41,657 nucleotides of DNA from a virus (Duplodnaviria > Caudoviricetes): IMG/VR virus record IMGVR_UViG_3300033148_006568, positions 1 through 41,657 of that record; one strand, 5' to 3'. Of the stretch, positions 16,468 to 26,636 are shown one piece after another. The position numbers were made by a program, and so were the translations under genes. Under the pieces are notes generated by a model that was given only the letters and a program-made list of their open reading frames with translations, ran no database searches and was not told where the DNA came from. Numbering within the stretch: position 1 is the stretch's first letter; the number at the start of each line of letters is the position of its first letter.

Positions 16468-16731
16468 ATGGAGAATAAAATAAGTAAAGAAAAAATACAA
16501 TTAGTAACGCTGATTGGAATTTATCTGGCAATCATTTTATTATTAATAGCAATAATAGTTTTAGTCAAAAATATTCAAGAAATAAAATCCGACCCAATTT
16601 CTTATGGTATTGAAAAACATAATTTTAATATTTGTGTTTGTTATGATATGAATGGAAATTCATATGATTATAATGCAACAGGAGTAATACCAAAAAAAGT
16701 TTATGGTTGGAATATTAATTTCGAGGAGTAA
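16468..16731 (+). CDS. Membrane protein
   Basis: ORF track 16444-16731; likely start MENKIS at 16468; N-terminal TM helix. Confidence 0.65.
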   Translation: MENKISKEKIQLVTLIGIYLAIILLLIAIIVLVKNIQEIKSDPISYGIEKHNFNICVCYDMNGNSYDYNATGVIPKKVYGWNINFEE

Positions 16732-16746
16732 AATGAGGTTAAAAAA

Positions 16747-16983
16747 ATCAGTCAGGCAGAGGTAATTAAATTTTTAGAAAGCTGTAATAAACCAGTTTCA
16801 GTCAAACAAATAGCAGAAGCTATGCAAGAGGATGCAGTTAAAATTTTCCATAAAGTAGCAATCCTTTTAAAATGGTCTGAAATTGAATTTATAGAATACT
16901 CTGGAGAAATGGTAAAAAAGTTAGCTGGTTATTCTCCTGGAAGAAGAACAAGATTTTATTTTGTGGTGAAAGATAAAAAATAA
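16747..16983 (+). CDS. Winged-helix protein with an apparent ATC start codon
   Basis: (I/M)SQAEVIKFLESCNKPVSVKQIAEAM... aligns from residue 1 with MSQAEVLKYMKKVKKPVT at 2498; SD GAGGT just upstream. Confidence 0.6.
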   Translation: MSQAEVIKFLESCNKPVSVKQIAEAMQEDAVKIFHKVAILLKWSEIEFIEYSGEMVKKLAGYSPGRRTRFYFVVKDKK

Positions 16984-16990
16984 TATTTTA

Positions 16991-17182
16991 TTAAATATCA
17001 GTTGTTGGTTTTAGATTCTCTTCCATTTTTTCTCCAAATGTTTTTATGTCTTCTTCCGTCGGTGTTATTGGTTTTCCTTCGTTCATTATTGGTTCTAAAA
17101 TAAATTTGTAAATTACAAATCCTCCAATCATTACAACCCCTATTAATAGGGTGTGGTCTCCAATCAATTCTGAAATATTCAT
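16991..17182 (-). CDS. Small membrane protein
   Basis: ORF track; overlaps the ATPase stop. Confidence 0.6.
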   Translation of the reverse strand: MNISELIGDHTLLIGVVMIGGFVIYKFILEPIMNEGKPITPTEEDIKTFGEKMEENLKPTTDI

Positions 17183-18204
17183 TTTATTTTTGATTTAGTG
17201 GGAATTTTACAAGTCAATTTGGTGCTGGGGTCGTTTCCCCGAAAATCCGAAACTTCATTTTGAAACTTTTCATTTTTTAAGTATTTGTCAATATTCAATC
17301 CTTTCTTTCTAAATGATTGATATGATTGACATACTGTTGTTCGTCTTATGTTTAATGTGCGTGCAATATCTTTTGTAGCACTAACACCTAATTTGAGTAA
17401 ATTAAAAATTTTATTTTGTTGAGGAGTTAAGTTTTTAATAGCGACTTCTTCCATACTTAAACTTTCAAGCTTTTCTTTTTCATCAACCTTTTCAAGCATA
17501 CCTTGTATTCTTTTATTTAGTTCTGCTTTGAATTTCCAGCTGTCTTCTTCATAAGCTTTTACAATTTCTTTTGGTGGTAAGGGTATTCCAACAACATCTA
17601 TTTCATCCATAAATCCAGAACCATCATCAGAAGGTTTCATTAAATTATGATAATATGTTTTATCCATTCTAATATTATATTGAATTTCTAATGGTTTAAT
17701 AATACATACTTTATTTGTAATTAAAATTTTTCTTGTTTCTAATTGATAATGTAAAAGATTTCTAACAGACTTATCTACAAATGCCAATGTTGGAACTGTG
17801 AATATAACAAGTTGTTCTAAGTTCCTGAATGTCTGAACCAGCCACGAGATAGCCCTGTTCTGTAATGATTGGTGTGTTTTATGAGAAGCAGATACTCCCA
17901 TTTCATCCCAAAGATTTCCTTCTCTTTTTTTTAAATTTGGGTCATTCATTTTTTTAAGAAAATCTTTTGCTGAAAAAAACCAATGTTCTCTTATGTATTC
18001 AACTGTTGGTTCTTTTCCATTCATATAAACATAAGTCCAATAAAGAATACAAGCTGAAGCCAGGCTCTTGCCACTTCCAGTTTTACCAACTATTGCAACC
18101 AAACAATTTTTACCAGTATCTAATCTTTTAACAAATGTTAAAATTAATATTTGAAAACTTTTTGGTAGGTGTTCAATTTTTTGAGGAAATCTTTTATTTT
18201 TCAT
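17179..18204 (-). CDS. P-loop ATPase (Zot-like morphogenesis/packaging type) with C-terminal HTH
   Basis: Walker A GKTGSGKS, Walker B LWDE, FR..IFTVP..VDKSVR motif; C-terminal LTPQQNKIF..KDIARTL HTH. Confidence 0.8.
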   Translation of the reverse strand: MKNKRFPQKIEHLPKSFQILILTFVKRLDTGKNCLVAIVGKTGSGKSLASACILYWTYVYMNGKEPTVEYIREHWFFSAKDFLKKMNDPNLKKREGNLWDEMGVSASHKTHQSLQNRAISWLVQTFRNLEQLVIFTVPTLAFVDKSVRNLLHYQLETRKILITNKVCIIKPLEIQYNIRMDKTYYHNLMKPSDDGSGFMDEIDVVGIPLPPKEIVKAYEEDSWKFKAELNKRIQGMLEKVDEKEKLESLSMEEVAIKNLTPQQNKIFNLLKLGVSATKDIARTLNIRRTTVCQSYQSFRKKGLNIDKYLKNEKFQNEVSDFRGNDPSTKLTCKIPTKSKIK

Positions 18205-18720
18205 TTAATCGTCCCAGCTTATCAATCTTTTTCCAGAGAGTTCATTTTTTCTTTTGAATAATAAAATAAGTTCCTGAAACATTTCTCTGTAACAATCAGA
18301 TTGATAATTCATTAATTCTTGAAATATTCTATCTCCTATTAGGCTATTTTGAATCATGTTTGTTTCTTTTGATATTTCTTTTAATTTATAGTTTGATTCC
18401 AATTGAATATATTTTTCAAGATATGTTTTTCCTGCAACATTAATTTTTGTTTGTATTTCTTTAAATTTATTTTTAAATTCTTTATCAAAGAAAAATATTA
18501 GTAAGTCATGTAATGTTTTTGTGCATTGAATATTTGTATGTCTTTGGTCTGGAACATTCATAGTTATAATTTTTCCAGAAACAACAATTTGTTGTTGAAA
18601 ACCTTTTTTTAATTCTTTGCTAAATTCTTTTCTACAAACATCAATTTGAGATATGACAATTTCTCCCAATGTTTTTTTTTCTTCTTTTTTATAAGGGTTA
18701 GAAACAAATTGGTCTGACAT
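18205..18720 (-). CDS. Hypothetical protein
   Basis: ORF track; abuts the ATPase. Confidence 0.75.
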   Translation of the reverse strand: MSDQFVSNPYKKEEKKTLGEIVISQIDVCRKEFSKELKKGFQQQIVVSGKIITMNVPDQRHTNIQCTKTLHDLLIFFFDKEFKNKFKEIQTKINVAGKTYLEKYIQLESNYKLKEISKETNMIQNSLIGDRIFQELMNYQSDCYREMFQELILLFKRKNELSGKRLISWDD

Positions 18721-18769
18721 AGTATTTTAAATAATTGATTTTAGAATTAAATACATTTCTATTATAAAA

Positions 18770-18790
18770 GGTAATGTATTTAATATCTAA
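18770..18790 (+). promoter_or_regulatory. Shared promoter motif TAATGTATWTAA (also at 22390, 26947, 27555, 32590, 35092)
   Basis: TAATGTA begins exactly 34 nt before the ATG at 18806, 22424, 26981 and 27589; 37 nt before 35129. Confidence 0.7.
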
Positions 18791-18805
18791 AATATTAAAA
18801 TTATT

Positions 18806-21805
18806 ATGAGTTTAGCACTTCAAAAAATTTCACAAAGAGAAGGAGAAATTTCAAGTTTTGAATCACAATTAACAAAACAGGAAAAAATTATTTCTGGACA
18901 GGAACAAAAAATATCTCAACAGCGTGGGGAATTTTTAAAACAAACAAAGCCAGAAGCATTGACAATTAAACGACAATCTTTGTTAGCCCAATCATTTGGT
19001 GTTGGTGGAGTTAGTGAAGGTGCAAAAAAAATAAAACAGCAAAAGATTGAACTTAGAAAAAAACAACTGCCTAAGTTTGAAACAGCAAAGACAGAATTAA
19101 AAAAATCCAGAATTCAAACACAATCAGAAAGAGCAAGGCTTCAGCCAATTAAACATGAACTTCATGAAATAAAAGAATTTGAAATTGGGAGAAAATTAGC
19201 AGGTCAAGAATTTGGAATATTTACACTTGGGGGTTCATTGCAAAGAAAAGGATATGTATCTGGAATTCGTGCACAGAGAGCAGCTGAACAAAGACTTGCA
19301 CTTTTTAAAGTCGGTAAACCATTATATGATAAAGGCATTTTAATAGGTTTTGAAAAAGACCAGATGACAATTAGGTTGCAAGATTTAGATACAACCTCAC
19401 TGGTAAAATTAGAAAAGGCAGGAGTTTTAACTCTTACAAGAAGCACACCCAGTCCAACAGATTTTATTTCACAGGGAATGGAACTTGCAAAAACTTTACC
19501 AACTACTGGGGGGATATTTTTTAAACCAGGTGAAGCAGGATTAGGAAAAGAAGAATATAAAGTTTCACCTCTTTCTTTTTTACAGCAACCACAACCATTT
19601 GATATTTCAAAAATAGAACCAAGAGTATCTAAAGTTGAAGATAGACCGAGAAGACCAGTTGGTTTGATGGAGAAAGGGGTTAAAGTTTTACAAGCTGTTC
19701 CATTGAGAACACCTTTATCAGTTTCTCCTTTAGGATATGTTCCTACAGAAACTAAAGTAAAAGGAGCTATGTTTACTTCCGAAATTTTATTTGGTAAAAG
19801 TGGTGAACAATTTATGGGTTTCAAAATAACACCACAACTTTTTCCTTTAGATATAAAACCAGATGTTACCTTTAGAGAGATTAAGGAAGCTGGTAAACAA
19901 TTTAAAATTCCAGAAAAAGAAAAGGTTGCAAAAACTATTTCTTTTGTAACTCAATCAACTCCACTCGCAGATTTGAGTTTATTTAAATCAGACAGGAAAA
20001 TAAGAGAGAAAGCTGTTTCGGTTGGCTTAACTGGAACTGAAATAGGAGTAAGAGGAATTTCGGAATTTGCTCCAACAACTCCAGGAGGAACTGCATTTTT
20101 TGTTGCTACCCCTTTTGCTCTTGGGAAAGTTGCAGTAAAAATACCAAAAATAACAAAAACAGTTTTTGGAGGGATGGGAATACATAAAGGAGTTGAAATA
20201 TTTAAACCAGGATTAACAATTGAAGAAAGAGCAACTATTGGAGTAGAGGCAGGTTTATTTGGAGCAGGGGCACTTTTGACTCCTACAAAATTTCAACATG
20301 GAGTTAAAATGCAAAAAGCACAAATAGGATCATTGTTGGAAAAAAAGTTTATTTCAGAAGAAACAGCAACCAGATTATTAGAGGGTGTTAAGTTGCAAAA
20401 GTTCTTTAGAAAACAACCAGATGTTCCTCCAATCGTAGAAGTTACAAAAGCATTTCCTCCAGGACTTACACTTGTTGAACAAGAAGCATTTGCTGGAGTT
20501 GCATTGGAGGGAAGGATTTTTGGTAGTCAAGCTACAAGATTAAGGGGGTTACAAGAATTGGGAGGGGATATTGATATTGCATTTAAACAAAATAGACAAA
20601 TATTAAATGAATTACAGGCAACCTTAGGAAAAGTTTCAACAAGTTTGGTTGTGAAGAAAGGTGAAGCAATTGGATTGGCAAAACTTCCTGAAAAATCATT
20701 TGACATAAAAGCAATTGAAAGATTAGAAGCATTCCCTTTCTTTGAAAAAAAAGTTGTAGATATACCTGGAGGAGGGGAAATAAGTAAATTATCGGAACAA
20801 TTTTCAAGAACACTTTCAGGATTATTTGAATTAAGAAAAGGTGGAAAAGATATAGGAGGGGCAATAATTTCTGGAAGAGGAATGATAGAACATAGCCTTA
20901 AAGAATTGCCAAAATTTCCTGGAGTAAAACAATTTAAACAATTTCAATTAAGAAAAGCAGAAGCTAAATTAATGGAGTTTGAAAAGGCTGTTCCAGAAAT
21001 ATCTTTGATAGTTCAAAAAACAGGAGTATCTGAAATTGCTCCATTTGAAACAAGACTTGGTGCTTTAGTTCCAATGGTTGAAAAGCCCCCATTATTTCCA
21101 CCAAGTAAGCGTGGAGCATTAGGAACAATATCTATTGAGATACCTAAAAGACAACCAGCATTTGATATGCCTTCATTAAAAAAACAAGCTTTTGGAGAAG
21201 TCGTTAAACAACCAAAGGTATTTGGGTTAGAAACAAAATTTATGAAGCCATCAAAAATCCCCAGAACAAAATTAACACCAAGTAAATTTAAACCATTTGT
21301 GGTCACCCCTAAAATAAAACCAAGTATTTTTCAACCAATTGCAAAACAAATAGGAGAATCTTTTATTCCAATAACCCCTCAAACAGAATTAATACCAAGT
21401 ATCTTTGAATTTCCAGAACCAAGTAAATTTAAAACACCACCTATAGATATTAAACCATCAATAATAATTACTCCTCCACCAACTATTAAAGAAGATGTTT
21501 TTGAAACCTTTGAACCAACAAAAATAAGAAGAAAAAAAACAGCAGAAAGAAAAAAGATAAAAAAAATTGTGAGAAAGAAAAGAAAAAAGAAAGTAATAAT
21601 TAGACCTTCATTCACAGGGATTATTACCGGTCTTGAAACTGCTGCTAAAGTAACTAAGATTGGGGGGATTGACATAGGCATTGCTCCTGGAACAATTCGT
21701 GGTTTAGAAACTGGTTTTAAAGTTACTAAAAAAAAGAAAAAATCTGGTAAGAAAAAATCTTCTAAAAAAAAACCTAAAATTAAAACAAAATTAATTACTT
21801 TTTAG
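18806..21805 (+). CDS. Large multidomain protein: coiled coil, Gly-rich hydrophobic helices, nucleotidyltransferase-like motif, Pro/Lys-rich tail
   Basis: IFGSQA...GGDIDIAF (GS + DxD); PSK/PSI repeats; very basic C-terminus. Confidence 0.75.
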   Translation: MSLALQKISQREGEISSFESQLTKQEKIISGQEQKISQQRGEFLKQTKPEALTIKRQSLLAQSFGVGGVSEGAKKIKQQKIELRKKQLPKFETAKTELKKSRIQTQSERARLQPIKHELHEIKEFEIGRKLAGQEFGIFTLGGSLQRKGYVSGIRAQRAAEQRLALFKVGKPLYDKGILIGFEKDQMTIRLQDLDTTSLVKLEKAGVLTLTRSTPSPTDFISQGMELAKTLPTTGGIFFKPGEAGLGKEEYKVSPLSFLQQPQPFDISKIEPRVSKVEDRPRRPVGLMEKGVKVLQAVPLRTPLSVSPLGYVPTETKVKGAMFTSEILFGKSGEQFMGFKITPQLFPLDIKPDVTFREIKEAGKQFKIPEKEKVAKTISFVTQSTPLADLSLFKSDRKIREKAVSVGLTGTEIGVRGISEFAPTTPGGTAFFVATPFALGKVAVKIPKITKTVFGGMGIHKGVEIFKPGLTIEERATIGVEAGLFGAGALLTPTKFQHGVKMQKAQIGSLLEKKFISEETATRLLEGVKLQKFFRKQPDVPPIVEVTKAFPPGLTLVEQEAFAGVALEGRIFGSQATRLRGLQELGGDIDIAFKQNRQILNELQATLGKVSTSLVVKKGEAIGLAKLPEKSFDIKAIERLEAFPFFEKKVVDIPGGGEISKLSEQFSRTLSGLFELRKGGKDIGGAIISGRGMIEHSLKELPKFPGVKQFKQFQLRKAEAKLMEFEKAVPEISLIVQKTGVSEIAPFETRLGALVPMVEKPPLFPPSKRGALGTISIEIPKRQPAFDMPSLKKQAFGEVVKQPKVFGLETKFMKPSKIPRTKLTPSKFKPFVVTPKIKPSIFQPIAKQIGESFIPITPQTELIPSIFEFPEPSKFKTPPIDIKPSIIITPPPTIKEDVFETFEPTKIRRKKTAERKKIKKIVRKKRKKKVIIRPSFTGIITGLETAAKVTKIGGIDIGIAPGTIRGLETGFKVTKKKKKSGKKKSSKKKPKIKTKLITF

Positions 21806-21965
21806 GTTTATCTAAATGTAAAATAATCGCACCTGTTATTAAAAAAATTGCTGTCATACCCATTGCAACTTTACCTTCTAAGGTTGATGGATTATTACTT
21901 TTTAAAAATCCAAAAATTCCTAATGTAAAAAGGTAAGGTGGCGATTTTTTTATCCACTTTTTCAT
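21795..21965 (-). CDS. Small membrane protein (56 aa)
   Basis: Read by hand: MKKWIKKSPPYLFTLGIFGFL...MTAIFLITGAIILHLDKPKK. Confidence 0.45.
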   Translation of the reverse strand: MKKWIKKSPPYLFTLGIFGFLKSNNPSTLEGKVAMGMTAIFLITGAIILHLDKPKK

Positions 21966-21967
21966 TT

Positions 21968-22165
21968 TTATTTCTTTTTATTTATAAGTTCTTCAATAGC
22001 CAAATCAAAAACTTTCTGTGGTGAAACATTTTTTTCTGTTAACCATTCAGCTACACTTTTTGTAGTTCTAAGATTAATTCTTATTCTTTTTGATTCGTTT
22101 CTTGTTTCTCTTATAACATTTTTTATTTCCATTTTTTCCTCCTGTATGTATTTATGTATGTTCAT
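21968..22165 (-). CDS. Ribbon-helix-helix-like regulator
   Basis: RINLRTTKSVAEWL..NVSPQKVFDLAIEEL; true start probably MEIKN after CAGGAGG. Confidence 0.6.
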   Translation of the reverse strand: MNIHKYIQEEKMEIKNVIRETRNESKRIRINLRTTKSVAEWLTEKNVSPQKVFDLAIEELINKKK

Positions 22166-22423
22166 TGTATGTTCAATGCACTATATAAACCTTTCTACTG
22201 TAATACATTGTTGTATTATAATATAAAAAGATTTAAAAAGAACAATTCACTAACAAGTATGTAAATATTTTCTTGGGATAGCGAGAATACACCTCGCCAT
22301 TTGTATTATCAAAAATTAGTAAACACTCTACTAACTTATCATTTAACTTATCCTAATTTCTATACTTTAAAATAATTTGTGCATTTTACTAATGTATTTA
22401 AAGAGAATTTTATTGTTCTAATT

Positions 22424-22999
22424 ATGCCACCAGAAATGTCAGAAGCAGAATTTATGCAACAACAACAGCAAACACAAATTTCTAATGACCCAAATGCTAT
22501 TTATGCTGACACAATGAGAGAAGAGAAAACAACTAATATTTTACAGCAAATTAATCCAGACAATCTTCTTGCAGATATTGAACACAGAATAAGAGGAGAG
22601 AAAAAAGATTATACAGGTTCATGGGTTGCAATTTCTAAAGATACCCCTAAGGTATCAGAAAAATTAATATCCGACTTTATTTCATTCTTAGGTTGTATCT
22701 TAAATCAAAATACTTCAATGAGTAATTTTTCAGCACAGGAAATTAACAACCTTATGGAATTAATAAGAAACTGGGTTATGGGTCATTTAGTTGTTAATGC
22801 AGAAGGTTATGGCATTGAGGGAGAGTATAGCGAATATGACAGGATAGGACATATAATTTGTTCAACCTGTTTTACTGTTTTAAAGAGAGCACAAAATGGA
22901 CAGGAATCAAGAAGAATATTTAAGATAATGAAATTAACTGAAAGCAGTAATCAAAGTAAAAATAAAGCAGGAGTAATGGAGAACTTTAAATTTTGGTAA
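22424..22999 (+). CDS. Hypothetical protein (morphogenesis region)
   Basis: ORF track 22379-22999; ATG 22424 fits the 34-nt promoter spacing. Confidence 0.75.
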   Translation: MPPEMSEAEFMQQQQQTQISNDPNAIYADTMREEKTTNILQQINPDNLLADIEHRIRGEKKDYTGSWVAISKDTPKVSEKLISDFISFLGCILNQNTSMSNFSAQEINNLMELIRNWVMGHLVVNAEGYGIEGEYSEYDRIGHIICSTCFTVLKRAQNGQESRRIFKIMKLTESSNQSKNKAGVMENFKFW

Positions 23000-23016
23000 A
23001 ATGGCAAAAATAAAAA

Positions 23017-23364
23017 ATGGAAATAGAAAAAAAAGATTTTAACAAGTTAAAGCAATTAGACAGAATTGAGTATAGACAGAAACAGGACAGAATAAAAAAT
23101 TGGAATAATTATTCTTATGGTTTAATTTTTATTAAATATTTAATTTTTATTATGGTTGTAAGTATGTTATTAATTCCTCAGGGGTATTTTATTTGGGGAA
23201 TTGATTTTGTGAAAGATGTTTCAAACATTTGTGGTTTTAGTATTAGTTTGTTAATGATATTATCTGCGTTTGGTTTTATGGCTGACATAGTTCTTTATTT
23301 GATTAAGATGAAGAATTTAGATGAGTTAAATAAAAAATATTTTAAATTGGAGATTAAAAAATAA
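23017..23364 (+). CDS. Two-TM membrane protein
   Basis: ORF track; two hydrophobic helices. Confidence 0.7.
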   Translation: MEIEKKDFNKLKQLDRIEYRQKQDRIKNWNNYSYGLIFIKYLIFIMVVSMLLIPQGYFIWGIDFVKDVSNICGFSISLLMILSAFGFMADIVLYLIKMKNLDELNKKYFKLEIKK

Positions 23365-23987
23365 TGGCAGAAGTTGGAGAAGTTATAAGTGGTATAATCC
23401 CACAGGGAAGTAGTATTGGGTTAATGATTTTAGTTGTGGCATTAATGGTTCTTGTTCTTGTTATTATTTCTTTAATTGGTTTTTTCACATGGAATAGGAA
23501 GAGATGGAACTTACAGGTTGAAATTAAACTTCCAAGAAGCGACGGCAAAATTGTAAATGGTGAATGGGGAAAAGGTTATTTTAGTTCTAAGAGAGGAGTT
23601 GTATTTATTAAAAGACCAGGAACTTTTCAGCCAAAGATACCATTAAAAATATTTGACCCAAAAAGATATTTACAGGGAGACAGACTTATTACAGTTGTTC
23701 AGTTATCTCCAGTAGATTACAGACCAGTATTACCAGAGAGTTTTTTGGAATATGAAGTTGAATATAAAGACGACAAGACAGGATTAGTTTCAACAGTAAA
23801 AGAATCAATCTTAAATGTTAAATGTGATACAGGACATTCTAAAGCATGGCAACAGGCATTTGATGCAGCTTCAAAACAGGCATATAGCCTAAAGAGTTTT
23901 ATGCAACAATTTCAGACACCGATTGCAATAGCCATTGTTCTCGTCGCGGTTTTCGTGGGCTTCGCGGCGATTTGGACGCAACTTTGA
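23364..23987 (+). CDS. Membrane protein with N- and C-terminal TM helices
   Basis: ORF track; TAATG overlap with the upstream gene. Confidence 0.75.
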   Translation: MAEVGEVISGIIPQGSSIGLMILVVALMVLVLVIISLIGFFTWNRKRWNLQVEIKLPRSDGKIVNGEWGKGYFSSKRGVVFIKRPGTFQPKIPLKIFDPKRYLQGDRLITVVQLSPVDYRPVLPESFLEYEVEYKDDKTGLVSTVKESILNVKCDTGHSKAWQQAFDAASKQAYSLKSFMQQFQTPIAIAIVLVAVFVGFAAIWTQL

Positions 23988-24069
23988 TAGCAGGTATAGC
24001 ATAAATAGTAATGTTTTTAATGATATAAATGATACTTATGATATTTATTACAAGGAGGTAAAAAATAAA

Positions 24070-24234
24070 ATGGGAGAAGAAATATTAAAAACAGACATAA
24101 AAAGAAAAACTGGATTTTTATATTATTGTGCTACAGACAAGGAAACCGGAAATTTAATTGTTTGTGAAGCAAAAATGGCTCGTGGTGGAAAAAAGAAAGT
24201 AGAAGATACTATGAAAGATATTGAAGAAAAGTGA
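24070..24234 (+). CDS. Small basic protein
   Basis: SD AGGAGGT then MGEEILKTDIKRKTGFLYYC...MARGGKKK. Confidence 0.6.
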   Translation: MGEEILKTDIKRKTGFLYYCATDKETGNLIVCEAKMARGGKKKVEDTMKDIEEK

Positions 24235-24313
24235 ATATGTTAATTTGTTATTATTAATTAATAACTATATAATTTTAGAAATGTTTAAATAGTATTAAAT
24301 AGTTGGAAGTAGT

Positions 24314-24478
24314 ATGAATGAGATTAAACCAATTACATTAAAGATTGAAGAAGAACTCTGGAATAAATTTAAATTAAAAACTTTAAGAACAATAACTTTA
24401 AACAATGCTATTGTAAATTTAATTGAAAAAGATGTTGCAAAATCATACAATCAAAAGGAGGTAAAAACAAATGAATAA
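24314..24478 (+). CDS. Ribbon-helix-helix regulator (54 aa)
   Basis: Read by hand: MNEIKPITLKIEEELWNKFKLKT...LNNAIVNLIEKDV; TTTAAATA 30 nt upstream. Confidence 0.65.
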   Translation: MNEIKPITLKIEEELWNKFKLKTLRTITLNNAIVNLIEKDVAKSYNQKEVKTNE

Positions 24479-25283
24479 AAAATATTTAATGTTTGGAGTT
24501 TTAGGTTTGTTTGCTATGGTTTTGGTTACAGCAGGTTTAATTCAATACTACGGACAGGTTGAAACTACAATTGAAGTTACACAACCAATTCAAATTAATG
24601 GAGATGTTGAACATTCAAGTATAACTGGAAATGTTCCTTGTGATGCTGGAGAAACTTGTCCAGGAGAAGTAATTACTATTGAAAATACTGGAGATAATGA
24701 GAGAACAATTCTTATTACTAACAATGCTGTTGAAGGAGAAGTTGAAGTAAGTTATGTTGGAGTTTTGGAATTAACAAAAAAAGATACAACAACTTGGTTC
24801 CCAGTAGAACCAGTAGAAACAATTGAAATAAATTATACAGTTGTAGGAGATAACTTTGAATTTTCAGGAGTTCCAGGGGGATATACTTTGATTTACTATA
24901 AAGATGAAGTTGTAGGATTAACAGGAAGATTAGCAAACCCACAACCAGCAATAATAGTTACAAGTGCTATTGGAAGTTTACCACAAAGTAATGATGCAAA
25001 TGCTAATTTATCAGCAGATTATTGTAACAATGAAAGTGATAATTATGAAAGTTGCAGAGGAGCAAAACTTTGGGTTGTTCTAACAAGTGATATTGTGGGT
25101 AATAATTTGAACTGGGCTAATATGGCTAATTATTATTATGAAACAAATCTTATCCAATATAATACAGATGGAGAAATTATTGTTTATGGAGGAGAAGAAT
25201 TAAGTCTTACACCAAAATACACTCTTGATTCAGGATTGAATGAAGACGACCAAATAATTAACACTACAATTAATGTTGCTTAG
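24471..25283 (+). CDS. Secreted/surface protein
   Basis: Signal peptide, beta-rich acidic body, SD GGAGGT; followed by a T-rich terminator-like tract. Confidence 0.8.
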   Translation: MNKKYLMFGVLGLFAMVLVTAGLIQYYGQVETTIEVTQPIQINGDVEHSSITGNVPCDAGETCPGEVITIENTGDNERTILITNNAVEGEVEVSYVGVLELTKKDTTTWFPVEPVETIEINYTVVGDNFEFSGVPGGYTLIYYKDEVVGLTGRLANPQPAIIVTSAIGSLPQSNDANANLSADYCNNESDNYESCRGAKLWVVLTSDIVGNNLNWANMANYYYETNLIQYNTDGEIIVYGGEELSLTPKYTLDSGLNEDDQIINTTINVA

Positions 25284-25505
25284 ATAAATAATTTATTTTT
25301 TTTATTATTTTTTTAATTTATGATTGTTTTGTTGGAGAACAATAAACTTAAAATTAGAACAAATGAAAATCGATATAATAACAAAAAGACAAATGCAAAT
25401 AGAAATAGCAAAAGCAGTAGAGAAAAGAGAATTTAAAACTTTAAGATTAATTAACATACTTTCAAAAAGAATAAGCAAAATGGAAGAAGAAATCAAAGTA
25501 AGAAA

Positions 25506-26087
25506 ATGAACAAACAATTAACATTGATAATTGGAATTATAACATTAATAGGTTTGGTGAGTGCTACTTCTTCTGGGGGATGTATTGAAATTGATTTGAG
25601 TGAAATTGATTCACAGGATATATTCTGGACTACTATTGGAAATTCTTCAGATATAAATGGAATGAATATTACTTTAAATGAAACAACAAAAAATGCCAGT
25701 GTTTATTTTGTAGAAAATTATCTTCCTGATAAATTCACTTTAATCTTTTTTGCAGGAATAACAAAAGAAGTAAGAAAAGAAGTTAATGTTGGTTCTTCTG
25801 GGGGAGGTGGTGGGAGTTCAAAAACAGTTTATGTTCAAAATAAAACATTTGTTGAAGTTGATAATTATATTACCAAAGAAGTAATAATTGAAAAAGAAGT
25901 TAAAAGAGATACCCCTTATATTGAAGCTGAAGAACCTAAACAAGATATTAAATGGTTTAAACTATTTAGTGCAATACTAATTTTATCTGTTATTGCAGGA
26001 AGCATAATAATGCTTTTTATATGGGCTTATAATTCATATAAAACTAAACAAGAATATACAGAAAATATAACCACAACTGAAGGATGA
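25506..26087 (+). CDS. Membrane-anchored surface protein
   Basis: Signal peptide, SSGGGGGSS linker, C-terminal TM helix. Confidence 0.75.
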   Translation: MNKQLTLIIGIITLIGLVSATSSGGCIEIDLSEIDSQDIFWTTIGNSSDINGMNITLNETTKNASVYFVENYLPDKFTLIFFAGITKEVRKEVNVGSSGGGGGSSKTVYVQNKTFVEVDNYITKEVIIEKEVKRDTPYIEAEEPKQDIKWFKLFSAILILSVIAGSIIMLFIWAYNSYKTKQEYTENITTTEG

Positions 26088-26443
26088 AAATAAAATATGT
26101 TGATTATGGATTAGCAAACAACTTTGGAAATTCCATTGAAATAAATAAAAATCTTAAGAATTATCCTGATTTACTTAAACCAATTTTGAAACATGAATTA
26201 GCACATACAGATAAATTATTTTCTTTCAAGGATTTTAAATTAGATTTTTATGAAGACAATGAAATAAATACTTTTGATATGTTAAAGTTTATGTTTAAAT
26301 ATCCAAAAAGTCTTACACAAATATTTCCTTTTTACTGGACTAAGAAAAAAGGATTTGTTTATGATCTTAACCTAATAGTAATGTATTTAATAATGATTTT
26401 CATTTTTACTGTAACAATTTATATTGGAGTAAAATTTTTATAA
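26084..26443 (+). CDS. Small HExxH metallopeptidase-like membrane protein
   Basis: ILKHELAH motif, C-terminal TM helix. Confidence 0.6.
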   Translation: MKIKYVDYGLANNFGNSIEINKNLKNYPDLLKPILKHELAHTDKLFSFKDFKLDFYEDNEINTFDMLKFMFKYPKSLTQIFPFYWTKKKGFVYDLNLIVMYLIMIFIFTVTIYIGVKFL

Positions 26444-26479
26444 TATAATTTTAAATAAATAAAATGGAGGAAAAACAAA

Positions 26480-26611
26480 ATGCCAAATAAAGATGGAAAA
26501 GGTTCAAGAAGTGGTTCAACTGGTTCAAGAGATGGAAGAGGACAAGGTAAAGGAAGAGCTGGTGGAAAAGGAACTGGAAAAAAAACTGGAGGAAGAAAAG
26601 GAAATTGTTAA
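26480..26611 (+). CDS. Gly/Lys/Arg-rich peptide (43 aa)
   Basis: SD GGAGG; MPNKDGKGSRSGSTGSRDGRGQGKGRAGGKGTGKKTGGRKGNC. Confidence 0.5.
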   Translation: MPNKDGKGSRSGSTGSRDGRGQGKGRAGGKGTGKKTGGRKGNC

Positions 26612-26636
26612 AAACAATTTTTCTTAACTTATTTTT

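Noticed and set aside
19204-21681. Antisense and alternate-frame ORFs in the track (e.g. 170, 3717, 3922, 7987, 15606, 15995, 16005, 19204, 20583, 21013, 21379, 26451, 37212, 39114)
   Set aside because: They are shadows of longer, motif-bearing genes on the other strand or frame, with low-complexity translations.
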